Of a DNA stretch of 64,000 nt, positions 1 through 13,612 are shown piece after piece (positions within the stretch are counted from its first letter, which is position 1; every line of letters begins with the position of its first letter). The stretch comes from Paragordius varius (taxonomy: Eukaryota > Animalia > Nematomorpha), in the NCBI GenBank assembly GCA_964247055.1, contig OZ176053.1, positions 8,990,001-9,054,000 on the forward strand, in the 5' to 3' direction. The notes under the pieces were generated by a model. That model had not been told where the DNA came from, searched no databases, and was given only the letters and a program-made list of their open reading frames with translations. The translations under genes and the position numbers were made by a program.

Positions 1-173
1 TATAAAAACATGTTAAATTTTTTTGGTACTTTACAGTCTTATGTTTGAAATCTAAATTATTGATTAATGTTCATATATATTTGAAACGCGGCCGGCGAAG
101 CCATTTGTATTGGACATCGCTGCTCTTAAAGATAATTTTAAAAACAGCTTTTAATTGTTTCCTCTTTTAAAAG

Positions 174-3100
174 GTTAAAGAATTGTATTATGACCCAATA
201 ACCAAGATGTCAAGATTAAAAACGTTTTGGGTCAGCAAAGCTGGAGCCGAACAGAGAAAGGGTCGAGCCGGTCGAACCGGTCCTGGCGTATGTTTTCGCC
301 TTTATGATATGCAAAAACATATGAATGGTAAAATTTTAAATATTATGTCTAAAATTAATTTATTGTATATTGTTTATGCTAAAATTTCGTTGTATTTATT
401 CAAAAAATCTAAAAGACGGCAGCAATTTTATATTAAAGTTAGGTTGGTTATATTTTGATTTGGGTAATAGATTTAATTATTCATAATTTATGTCTGATTA
501 GGGATCTTCAAAGATTTTTCAGCCAGCGAAATAGTTAAATCTCCCTTGCACAGTATTATATTACAAATATTATTAACGGTGCCATACATTGGTTTACAAT
601 CAAACGATGGGTGGATTGATATACGAAAGTATTTAGATTTTTTAATTGATGAGACTTAACCAAAAAAATATGTAGTTTATTATCATATTTTTTAATATAA
701 TTATAATTAATGGGTTAATCGTTTTATTGATAATTAAATTTTCATTTTTTTACTATTTTTCATTATAAAGTAGTTTTACTTGCCTTATGATATCGATAAA
801 ATCTATATATTTATAAAAATGGAAAATGCTGGCTTTGTGAGTTACCGGCCAACCGGTAGACCAATTCAAATCCAAATGAAAAATATGACCCCGACAATAG
901 CTTCGCCCTTTTTTAGGCCCCCAGTTTAGACCCACCCCGTGTAAAAACGAGTTAAATCGTGTCTTTGAGACAATTTTCCAGAAAACGTGTTGAATCATTT
1001 GATTTCAAATATGATTTTTTTTTACTTATTTTTGATTCCACACATAGTCGGCTCGCTTTTTTAATTTAGGCTCTCTTTTTACCCTCTCCCCCCGTAAAAT
1101 GCCAAAATAATTTTTTGAATCTATTATTCGCCAAAAATATGAGACCGTAAAAATTCAATAAGGATTCCACGTATTCCTCGTTAAAAGGCAAAAATTTTAA
1201 TCAAACGTTTTGATGATAGCTGCTGGGTAAGGAGCTACCTGCTAAAAACTGATCCGTCATATGGAAAGTGGTGGCTTTGTGATCTGTTTCCGAAAAACCG
1301 GTAGACCCATTCAAATCCAAATGTCGAAAAAATATAATCATTAATGAAAGCCTCGACAATAGCTTCGCCCTTTTTTTGAAATAGGCCCCCAGTTCGGGCC
1401 CACCCCGTGTGAAAAATGGTTTTTGAAAACAAGTCCACAAAAATCGTTTCTTTAAGACAATTTTCCAGAGAACGTGTTGGACCATTCAATTTCAAATATG
1501 ATTTTTGTTTAGTTATTTTCGATTGCGCCGAACATAGTCGTCTCGCTTTTTTAATTTAGGCCCTCCTATTACCCGCTTTCCCCGTAAAATGCCATTTTTT
1601 AAAAAAAATAATTTTTTGATTTCGCCCAAAGTATGAGACCGTAAAATTCAATAAGGATTTCACGTATTTCCTGTTAAGAGGCAAAAATTTTAGTCACGCG
1701 TTTCTTTGATGATAGCTGCTGGGTAAGGAGCTACCCGCGAAAAACTGACCCGTCATATCGAAATAGCGTGTTTTTGGGGCCAAATTTCAGAAAACCTAAC
1801 AGGCCATACGAGTTCAATAGTTCCTTAAAGTATTACCCGTAAAAATATTGTTTTATTATTTATTTATCTATCATATGTATTGGATATTAAAAAATATATG
1901 GATAATAAAACATTATTTATGGTCATCTATATATTTATAAAAATGGAAAATGCTGGCTTAGTGAACTGTTTCCGGAAAACCGGTAGACCCATTCAAATCC
2001 ACGAAAAATTTAATCATTAATGAATGCCCCGACAATAGCTTCGCACTTTTTTGGAATTAGGTCCCCAGTTTGGGCCCACCCCGTGTGAAAAATGGGTTAA
2101 GTCAATTTTTTGGAGAACGTGTTGGACCATTCAATTTCAAATATGATTTTTTTTTACTTATTTTCGATTGCGCCGAACATAGTCGGCTCGCTTTTTTAAT
2201 TTAGGTCCTCGTTTTACCCGCTCCCCCAGTAATCTTTTTCAAAAAAAACAAGTCCACTAAAATAACTTTTTGAATCTATTTTTCGCCCAAGTAAACAATA
2301 TATTAGTATGAATGCACCGTTTTGAAATTCCTATAAGATCATATCTATTAATTAATGTTTCGAAATAATTCACATATGTGGATCATTTATTGTCCCTTTT
2401 TTTAAATAGCCCCCCCCCCCAGAAGTCCGCTAGTAATTATATATATATACATACATATATACACTTAACGGAGAGTTGTATTGTATTATTTCTATACACG
2501 ACTGATTCTTGTGTAAAAAAAACTTTATATAAAATGTTAGAATTTATATTAAAAGCTTAATGTTATTTAAATATTTTCAATATTCATTTATTTTTTTAGG
2601 GTATAATTATTAATAAATTAAAGCAGGTTTATTTATTTTTTTATTTTCATTTTTACCACATTTTTGTAAATCTTCCTGTTCTTGTTTTTAGAATATTTAA
2701 AATTATTGTTTACTCATTTTTAACTAACAAAATCAATCGGCTAAAAATATATCACAATAAATAATTAGGAAGTTTGTTAAAATTAATTTATATATATTTT
2801 TCCGTTTTTCCAAGACTTTTTAATAACCAAGTTAGTTTAAAAATCCGGCTTGGTTATCTAAATTTTATAATATATATTTTATAATTATTGCGAAATCATA
2901 TTAAAAGGATCCTTAAACGAAAACTAAATCTCAGTTAACACAATTTAAATGCTTTAACACACAATAATTTTTGGCTTAAAAAATAGCATTGATATAATAA
3001 TTAGATTGTACTGAATATCTCAGAAGGATTCCTTTCATTACTTTTATTTGTTATCAATGACTAAACCTTAATTGGTTTAATGCTGATTTTATTAAGGACT

Positions 3101-6100
3101 TTTCAGGCATTTATAAGCAGGAGATTTGAGCAGTATATTATACATATAATACTAGGACATATTCAAAAAACTTGGAAATCAAAAATTATTTTTTAAGCGC
3201 TGTTTATTTATGAAAGCCCATTACGAAAGAAGGGAGTTACTTTATGTGTTAATAGGCAAATATTCCCGCAAATAATATTTACTCAATTTGAAATTGTCCC
3301 CCCTAATCATAATAACATTTTTTTCTAGATTTCCTTTTATTGAACCGCCTGAAGATGCCACGTTTGATTCATCGATCGCATATTTGGCCCAACATGGAGC
3401 GCTACTTATCAGAGAAAAAAGAATGGACTCAACAATATTAACTGGTCAACAACAGCTTGAAAATCAAAATGATATTTTGAAAGAAAACGCTACGGAATTG
3501 AATTCGAATCTTTTGGGTTATGAATTGAAATTAACGACGTTTGGGGAATTGCTTGCTCGTTTACCCTTAGACGTTACTATTGCCAAAATGTTGATAAATG
3601 CTTACTTTTTATCTACAGCTACTAAACGGTAATAGTTTTTTAATTATATTTTATATTTGAAAAAACCATTTTATTTAAGTGTTTTACTCTTCATTTAATA
3701 TTGACGCATTATTTATTAAGAAACATGACTTTCTCACTTATCCATGACTTTATTATATTAAATATTTAGGAATTTAGGGGTGGTAGCCTTAATTACAAAC
3801 AGAATAAATTTATAATTAAACTTGAAAATCTTTTTAATGTGCTTGATTTTAATTTATTTAAATCCACTAATTAAATGTAGGAATGAGAAAATAAGGTTCA
3901 TTAATAATCATACTTTTGTAGATTTATGATTTTTAAAAACTGTTAAATTTTCAAAATAAGTTATTCACAAATGTTTGAATCGAAAAAGTTTATTTAGTTA
4001 ATGCATATATATAAAATAATTTTTAAAATTATTCATATTCCACAGAACACAATTGATTGAAGTGACACTTACGCTTTGTGCCATATTCAGCGTGAGATCC
4101 ATTTATAATTCTAAGGCTTACAACGATATGCGAACCTATAATGTCCGCAAAGAATTTCAAGCTAATGAACACGGTGACCCTTTCACACTTTGGAATCTAT
4201 TTAACCATTGGATTAAGGTATGATTGTTTTAAATTTTTGAGAAATATAATTTAATTTGTTAGATATATCATAGTTTTATGCAATCAATCAAACCTTATAA
4301 ATATATTAATTATTTTTCATTACGATACTCAATAGTATTTTGTTATATTTTTTTCCATATTATACTGTAAAATTAAAATTAATAAATAAAACTTTAAATA
4401 AAACAATGATATTATTAAACATAAACCATATTTTTTAATCCATGTTTTCTGTAGAACTTATACAGTTTCAATCGTAAAATTAAATCTTTATGTATATAAT
4501 ATTTACTCTTTTTCTTCATAATTTCAGTTTAACTCTACTAATATGGTTAAATGTATTAAATAATTTTTCATAAGAAAACTTTCCCATTTTTATCGTGTAT
4601 TATGGGATTAAAATAGATAATTTTAAACAAATAATTTTTGATGTATTATTTAATGACACGTTATCATTATATAAAGTTGAAAATTGAAAACATGAAATCA
4701 GATGAACGATATAACCATAGCTCGGAATACAACCGCAAATCCAATGAATCTGATAAACACGGTCAAGGTAACCGCGAAAATAATGCAAAACGTTGGTGTC
4801 GCAAAGCTGGGATGGAGGAACAAAGGTTAAATATTTATATAAATTGCGCTAAAATAAGCTACGATGTGGTAAAAAATGTTTTCTCAAAATACGGATTCAT
4901 AAAATTGGTCCTTAAAAAACAATATGGTAATTCTCGTAGTTTTCTCATATCTCATAAAATGATATTGAAAATTGAATTTTTCCCTTTGTAAAATTCTTTA
5001 GGGTTTATAACGGGTTTAAAGATTATCATTTATTGTCAAACAAAAAAATTTAAACTATAAATAATTTTTTATTTCGTAAATTTATTGAATGTTTTTAATA
5101 AGCGACTCTTTCTGTTTAAAAGCGGTAATCACTTAAAAAATATTTATTAAAATTCGTGTAGGATTTTGCTATATTTATTTTACATATATATAAAATTATT
5201 GTATTTTTAGATTATACGAAGTTTTAAAGTTAAGGAAACAATTTGATTCAATTATGAAACGCGAATTTTCCGAGAAAAAAATTACCAGAGTTGCAATGAA
5301 ACCAAACAATACTGATTCTGAAGAGGACTCAGGTCAAGAGAAACCCGAAGAAAATGTGGATAATGATATCATTCGCCATCAAAATAAAACTAAACGTTAC
5401 GTTAAACGACTAAAACACGAACGTTTAGATAAAAGCGGCAAAGTCAAAGTAAATAGCATATGTTTGTTTTAAGTAACTCTTTAAATTAATTTAAAATGGT
5501 GACATTTATATTCGTAAATAGTGTTTGAAAATGACTTCGTTACACAACGTAAAAGGTTTTATAAAACTAATGCTATTTAAATCTTTGTTTTAATATAATC
5601 TCTTGTTTGGGCGTGAAATAAGTGTAAATAGGAGTCTATTATATATTTTAAATTTGTAATCAATTAGCCATATAAAAAATTAGGATTACATTTTTTATAT
5701 AAAAATAATGGATATCTTAACTGTAAATAGTTTTTGAAAGTTACTGAAAAATCTACGTTTGGAAAAAATTATTACGCGGATAGCGATGAGGAAAAGGCGG
5801 AAAGCAGTGATCAATTCGATTCTGACATTGATATTGAGGATATTGAACTTAGATTACTTAAAAATAAAGAAGAAATAAAGGTAAAAACTATGTTTGGTAC
5901 TTTTTTACAATTTTTATAGTTTAATTTGATATATATTATATTATGCAGAAACTTTATATACCGAGCCTATCTAATCATGAAATTGATTTGGTCAAATACA
6001 TTTTACTTTCTGGATTTTATCCACAATTAGCCATTCCCGATCAATTCAATACTTTCAAACAAGGATCAGATCTTATATATCACACCAAAGTTTGATATCC

Positions 6101-8016
6101 TCAATAATCAGATTATTTTTGTTATTTTTTTATACAATAAATTCTTAAACGTAAGGATAATATGTAGAGTGTCTGTTCAAAAAATGGCTCTTTCACAGTA
6201 AAAGACGCCCTTTATTATTTCTATATATAACCAATATAATTAGTGTTTTTCATACGGGTTTATGGATTTAGAATTCCTTAACCCCATACTCTAAGATTCC
6301 GAATAATACGTAAAAAGAACGTTGAGTGTATTGAAACTCCGAAAATTAAACTTAGTTTTTACCTTTTATATTGCCTTATTTGTTTTTAATTTAATTCTAA
6401 AATAAAATGAGGGTATATTAATCAAATTTTATTATAATGATTTTCGTTTGTGATATTTTCCCTTAAGTTTTAACCAGTTTTGATGTATAATTTAGGAAAA
6501 ACCATATGTACTCATGCACCCAACTTCAACTCTAACCTATGAACCAGACCTATTTTTAGCAAGATCAAAATGGTCCAACACAATACTCCTCTCATTTTCA
6601 ACCCTGTTAGAAACATCATCTACGAAACCATATTTAATTAATACATTTACTTTGGTTGATCCTTTACCACAGCTTTTATTGCAATGTGGTTGCATAACAT
6701 TAGCTATTAAACAGTAAGAATATCTCTATATATTTTAGCTCATAATTTTTAAGGAACATTAATAATATTTTTATGGCTATTCTCTTTATATCAAATTTAT
6801 TTGTTTCTTAAACCATTGTTTATGGAACTTTCTACTTTAACCTGGATGTCTAAATATGAAATATGTCAAATTATTCTATTATTTCATAATATGATTGTTA
6901 TTTCATAATATGATTGTTTAGAAACGATTCATTAGCTTATGTCATAGATATTTTGTTTGACAATTGGTTATCCTTAACTTTGACACTTAATGATTTGCAA
7001 CAAGTATTTGAAAGTATGGAAAATATAGTAAAAGCTCTGGCCATACGCTATATGGTAGATTGTATTCGCTGGAAAAAGCTCTCAAAATTAAAAAAGATTT
7101 CACTTTCCGAAGAAACCGCTCAAGGTATTATTTATTCGTAAAAATTGCTTTTATAAAATAATATGTATATTACGGGTTGAAATAATTTATATAATAATTT
7201 ATATGGGTTAACATATTTTTCAAAATATTTCAATAATGCCTAGATAATGAAACACAAATCATGAGAAAAACGATTGATGATTTGCCCATTAATATTGATA
7301 AAATTACTAAACTAATTTCAAATTTTTTGACCAGAACTGAATCTAGCGCATTGGCTTCCATTTACACTTTAAAAAAGATTGGAGGTTACACATTTCGTCC
7401 AACCAATACACGCGTATTCATTGAAGAACAATTGGAAAATTCGCATAATGTATCGTTAAATAAAGAACATAAAAAAGATTATCATCAAATGTTCACAAAA
7501 CTAATTTTACAACAAAATAGAGGAGAAAAGGACACATTGATAATGAAAAAAAATGAAATTCACCAGGGTAATATAGACAAATGTATGACTCAATTATTCC
7601 CCTATTTTACAGCTCAAGATTTGTCATTCATTAATCATTTACAAATGGAAGATTTGGATACCTTTAAACAAATGACATGTAATATATGTCACAAGACAAT
7701 TTTAAACTGTTCATTTACTGACTCATTAACAACACCTGAGCGCTTAAAAGAAAATGTAATATTGGCAAATATTTATAAACTCTTTTTGTTGCATCAAATC
7801 GGTTGTTACATAAAAAATATATGCGAATTATCAGAGATATCATTTAAACCACGCGAATCAAATTCTCCTATTCCAATTGATAAACCACTAGATCATGAAT
7901 TGGAAACTGAAGACTTGGATGAAGATATGAAATATTTTTGCCCTATTTGTTCAGCCGATATTAAAATTAAGACGAAAATGGATATTTTACGTCATAAACG
8001 ATCTCATCAACCATAA
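174..8016 (+). CDS. DHX34: DEAH-box RNA helicase DHX34 (NMD factor), 5'-partial. Exons 174-327, 502-628, 3329-3628, 4046-4217, 4677-4825, 5211-5448, 5731-5880, 5949-6089, 6496-6713, 6922-7124, 7244-8016
   Basis: Motif [22 protein letters not shown]; HA2 region FPFIEPP...[15 protein letters not shown]; [14 protein letters not shown]; [16 protein letters not shown]; [13 protein letters not shown]; C-terminal CPIC...DILRHKRSH. All 10 introns are GT-AG with consistent phases. Confidence 0.93.
802..1830 (+). mobile_element. Non-autonomous Helitron-like element with an internal tandem duplication (~460-490 bp units), in DHX34 intron 2; 3' end unclear
   Basis: Starts A|TCTATATATTTATAAAAATGG, the same 5' end as the copies at 1926 and 53126. 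Core (ccggtagacc...ccccgacaatagcttcgcc...ccaccccgtgt) occurs twice, each followed by gatgatagctgctgggtaaggagctacc. Confidence 0.7.
1926..2433 (+). mobile_element. Non-autonomous Helitron copy lacking the 3' hairpin
   Basis: A|TC 5' end and CTAG|T 3' end; collinear with the 52580-53126 copy, but the hairpin segment before CTAG is missing. Confidence 0.75.
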
Positions 8017-8076
8017 TGTAATATATCTGTGCATTATAAGGAATTATAATAGATTATATTGTATCTAAATAAATAT

Positions 8077-11046
8077 TTATATAAATAATACATTATTTGC
8101 TGCTTTTTCAATCAATGTAGAGATTATTTCCATAACATCATCTATTGGTGCGAAAATCCGTAAATCACAAATCTTGTCCTATAAAACATGTAAAATGTTA
8201 CAGACCATTTTGATTAAATATTTGAAAAAAAAATTGGTATAAAAATATGTCAATACCCATTTTTCTACTTAAATTAAATTTATTTATTAGAATTTAACGT
8301 ATGAGAAAATTCTAAAAAAACTTACGCAACGTGTTTTCTGTAAATTTATGATGACGACTTTGGCGCCATGTTTTTTTGCTATGCGAGGAAAATTTCCACA
8401 TGGAAATATTTGTAAGGAAGTTCCCAGGCAAATAAATAAATCACAATTTCTATGGTTTGTATGCAAAGTTAAAAATATTATTTGTTTAATGTTTATTTTA
8501 ATTATGCAATCTTTAAGCTTGAATAAATAATTAAACAGTTCGTCTCATGAATTAATTAAATTGGAAGATTATTAAGCCTCAAATATAAGCCTAAATGATG
8601 TTCAATTTAATAACATACATTTTAAATATACTGTTAATATAACTTTACATATAGATGCCACGTTTATTTGTGTTAAAAATTACGCATTAATTCCAAGTAG
8701 GTTGGGTTTTGGCGGTTATAGAGGCAATGACCTTGACTGTAAGCGCTTTATAAATAACTAGTCCGATTTCAAACAATTGTTTATCGTAATGGCATAAAAA
8801 TTTTAAAATTCGATTATAAATTTTTTATAAATTGTTTTTTATGTATTATGCCAATAAAACCGATTGAATAGTTAAAACTATATTTTATATAAATGAGTGA
8901 TCGGTTTAAACCACACAATCACAAGTAAAAAAAATGAAATATATAAAAATAAATATGGAATGAGCCTACTTGGTAAATTTGTATGAAAGGTCCAATTCCT
9001 TTCTCGGTAACTCATCCTCCCAATCTAATACTGTGTCTTTTAATTTACCACGACATCTGGACGAAGAGGGTTTAACTTTTGAACTCGGAGATTCTATAAT
9101 TTTGAGGTTATTTAAAATGGCCTCTTGACAAGATTTGCCAGTGAATTTAAGACCCAAGCTAGGACTTGGGCTATCAAACAGATATTTCCTATAATATATC
9201 AAACTTAATATATATTTCCGTTATAAATTTAATAAATATGTCTTTGGTTGTATAAAAGTGAAAATGAGGTTATAAAAAATTGGAATGCAAAATAATTCTT
9301 AATTATTTTATTCTTTGGGCATCGGTGTCCAACGCAAATAGCTTCTTGGACGGTATTTTTGACTGCATTCATAAAATATAGGCACTTATAAATATTAGTT
9401 TGAAACATAGGACTGTAAAAAATGAGGAAGACAATATAATTACTATTATTTCATCCATTTTCACTAGTTCGTTGCCAAATTTGGATTTTTGCATAAAATC
9501 CTTAAAATATGAATTTTACAAGTTTTTTGTATATATTTTCGCAAATTATAAAATTATTATAAAATAATAATTTGTATTCTCGTAAAATTTATTGAATTCA
9601 AACTATATCCAAAATTTTCGATACATGAGAGTATCTTTTTCAATGGATTAACTAAAATAAAAGAAAATAATAATAAGATTAATTAAAACAAAATTTTGAA
9701 AAATATAATTATAAATTATGATATTAATTCATTGAAAAAGATACTCTAATGTATCGAAAATTTTGGATATAGTTTGCAATAAATTTTACGAGAATACAAA
9801 TTATTATTTTAACATAAAATATTCGTTCTCGTTGACAATATTAATAAAATTATTATATTTAGCAATTAAATATCGCGAACGCACATACTATCTTGGAGGG
9901 CCGCATGTTAAAAACCCATTTTGGCTAATGGTATATAAATTTAAATGTATCGAGACATTTTTAAGTTCAATCGTTATATGTGATGATCAATCAGGATTTT
10001 TGTGTTTTATGATAATTATTGTGTTTAATTCTTCTCGGCAATTTAACATTCTTACCTTTTACTAAATATTTTACTTAACTACCCCAAAATAATCAGTTTA
10101 ATTACGCAATAAGTTATGAAGAGTAAATTATAAATTCTGTCAATATTTTTGTGGTTGTGAGAAGACCCTCCTTTTTTACCACTTCAAATGAATTTTTATG
10201 ACTTTTTTGCGCAATAAAACTATAAAAATCAATCTAGATTTTTCTGCCTAAAATACAATACTTTTATTAAACACATTGATATCCCCATATATAGTTACTG
10301 AAATCGGTTAATGGAATAAAATCATTATAAAATATGTTTATTAATATCATTCGCATCCTCAAAATTTTAAATATTTTAAGTGTAATCAAAACATCGATTT
10401 AAAATTTCAAAATAACACCTTTTCTGGTCAAGATGCCCCTCGCTAAATTTTATAAAAAAATTGTGCGTATTTATTGACACATAACAATATTTCAAAATTT
10501 AAAATTATTGATTTTTATTTTAAACGATCCCTTGTTAACGGAAAAAGAGTTTCTATATAAATACCTTTTGCAGGCATGACATTGCTGAACAAACACGTTT
10601 CCATGTATTTCAGCTATTTTTGATGGAGAAAATCCGGATTTTATGTGTAATCCATCGACATTTTGGCTAATTAAATAATGAATTCTATCCATTTGTTCCA
10701 TTTTGGCCAATGTGCAATGTGCGGTCGATGGGATAGCATCCGTAAAATCTATATAACTAGGGGCTTTAATTTGTTTCTCAAGCGTCCATACACCTTGAGG
10801 ACCTCTGATAATTAAATATGAGATTACCTGAAATCAGGTATTCCACAAGATGTACTAATTCCTGCACCAGTCATTACAACAATCTTTTTGGAGTTTTGAA
10901 TAAGATCAAATAATTTATGACTTTTCTCATATACTAAATCTTTTGGGTCAAAATACTATAAAAATAAATAAAAAAATTACTTCGGGTTTGCCACATTTTC
11001 CTTTGTTAGGATAGGGAGATAATTGCTGAGCATAATTTACGGACAT
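8077..11046 (-). CDS. SIRT6: Sirtuin-6 NAD-dependent deacylase, ~292 aa. Exons 11046-10981, 10955-10828, 10804-10565, 9188-8970, 8449-8326, 8178-8077
   Basis: N-terminus [22 protein letters not shown]; [22 protein letters not shown]; SQNVDGLH; EIHGN; four Zn-binding Cys; DTVLDWED; LGTSLQI; INLQKT. Requires 25-nt and 23-nt introns. Confidence 0.95.
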
Positions 11047-11099
11047 CCAATAAATTTTAATAAAAGCATCATATGTAACTTTTTAAGGCGTTAGTTCTC
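11047..11099. promoter_or_regulatory. 53-bp spacer between divergent SIRT6 and TBCK start codons; putative bidirectional promoter or overlapping 5' UTRs
   Basis: SIRT6 ATG at 11046 (-) and TBCK ATG at 11100 (+). Function is inferred from the geometry only. Confidence 0.5.
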
Positions 11100-13576
11100 A
11101 TGCTGAGTCCACTTGAGGAGGTTAATTTGGATTTATCAAATTTATACGAAGATCAGTTGCAACTATTAAATTGTATCCCATTAATAAATAAAAAAAATTT
11201 AATACTTCAAAGTTTAGGACATCCAAATCTTTTACCACATATCGATATTTATACAAAATCAATATTTTCTATATCAATTATACAACCTCTTTTTTGTAAA
11301 AAGTTATATAAAACCTTATCGGAAAAACAAAAAATCGTTCCTACCATTGTGAAATCAATTTTGAGTGCTAAATTATATTTACAACTCGCAAACATTCCTT
11401 TTTTTTATTTTTGTGAAAGCGATATATTCATAAACGAATATGATATAAAACTCAAAAATTATTCCTTATATTATTTAATGGATTGTATCGCGATGAAAAA
11501 TCCGTCTGATGATATAAGATTTATTTCTCCCGATTATTTTTTTAATCCCACTAATGCAATCATTAATCCATGCATTATCACTTGGTCCTTAGCGGTATAC
11601 TTATTTGAATTTCTTTTTGATGTAAAGATATGGTCAAAATTGTCCTATAAACAAAAACTATTTAAATTATTATCGTATGGGAAAGGTAATGCAACCGATG
11701 TTTTCCAATCATTAAAAGATGAACACAATATTGACCCTCAGTTATTTGCCAATCAGATTGATAGAAAAATTTCTGAATTCATGGAATACTGTTTCAACCC
11801 TATATCAGTGACTAAAGATTGGGATTTTATATATAATTATTTTTCTTTTCCTGAGACTAACATAAAAATTGAAAATAAGGATAGCGTTCTATTTCCATTC
11901 GAAACAAATTATTTAATAAAAATTGTGAACAAAAATCTCAAAAGTTTTTCGAAAGGAAAAATTGAAAATGATCATAGCTATTTCCCCATCTTAAATGTTC
12001 CATCACTTTTACCTAATAAAAAAATTAGTGAAGAAAATAATGGATTCGAAAAAGCACATGGCTATAAAAAAACTAATAAATTTAAGTCAAAAATTATAAA
12101 ATATACTAGACAGCCATTAGATATGTCCTATCTTACTGAAAAACTATTTAGCTGTCACATGGATGACAAAATATTTGAAGATGAAGTATATACAATAAAA
12201 TCCGAAAATTTTAAAGAAACCGAACAATATTTAGCAACTGAATCAAGATGCGGTCAAAATTCGGTTTTTTATGTCGATTCAACATTACTTAATCACAAAT
12301 ACAAAAAAACCATTCCAACAATTAATTTAGATATAAAAGAGAATGATGTATGTTATCAATATAAACGTTTAAAAACCTTTCGTACAATTTTGGATAAATG
12401 TCCATACCAATTAAGCCTGTTAAAAGAGGCGGCAATGCGTGATATATGTCCTTTTTATCGTAATGAAATTTGGGCATGTTTGTTGGATGTTGGAACATGT
12501 TCTGAACTCTATAATCGAATAGACATATCTCAATATCTTGACATTGAACGACAAGTATACTTAAGTTTTTTAGACTTTATTAAATATATAAATGTGTACA
12601 TGTTCAATACAAACTTTCAAATAATTTAAAATTTACAAATAAGACTATTATTTGTGAATATTTGTAGTAAACAAACTATTTTTTTGAAGTATCGGTTGAA
12701 TTTTAATTATCACCTCTTCTCTTATATTAGACAAAAAACTTAGAATTTTTACACTCAATTTCTAGAGTCCCAATTTCAGATAACTCCAAAACACGATTGA
12801 AACGAAGAGCTAATATTACACTATGCGGCAAAAATGGGGATCAAAAAATAAAGGATACAGTCATGTATCCTTCATTTTATCAAAAATTTAATTTTTGCCG
12901 TTAAATGGGTATAAATATTTGGCAAAGAATGGAAAAAAGAGCTCTATGGTATTAACAATATCAATTCATCAAAAAAGTATAAGAATTACCATAGAGTTTT
13001 TGTTTTTTCTATACCAAATATTTATACCCATTTAACGAAAAAAAAATTTTTTTGATAAAATAAAGGATACATGACTGTATATATCATTCGATAGTAAAAT
13101 TTCAGGATAATGAATATTGAAATGATGTATGCGGTTAAAATACTAGAAAAAAAAGTTATTTTAAATTTTCTATTATTAGCCAAAAACGAAAAATCGCATT
13201 TTTTTCGCATGTCAAATAAAATTACATACAATACACGAAAACGTGTCAACTAAATGTCATTTGTTTTAATATAGTATAAGTATGATTCTAAACGCAAAAA
13301 TTATCTACAGATTTTACATTTCGGACGGTCCCAGAAATATATTTAAGGATATTAGCTAAAAAACGCACTTATCGTCAAATTTGAATCAAAAACTTATTAA
13401 TATGCGGTAAAAAATCTTAATTTTTATTAAAACAATATATTAACTCTATATATATATATATATATAAATTACACAATATATCGTTTTCAAAAAAATTAAA
13501 CCTTATATAAAAAAATAAATTTTTCGAAAATTTCCAACAAAGCTGAAGCTGCGTATAATTTTTACAAAGCATCCAT

Positions 13577-13612
<36 letters not shown>

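Noticed and set aside
753-1495. ORF-track ORFs 753-998, 1201-1485, 1235-1495 and 52594-53125
   Set aside because: They are chance frames within the non-coding Helitron repeat.
3121-3132. Apparent micro-exon GDLS that would give [12 protein letters not shown] in DHX34
   Set aside because: It needs a non-canonical junction. Extending exon 2 to 628 (WIDIRK|FPFIEPP) restores the frame with canonical GT-AG.
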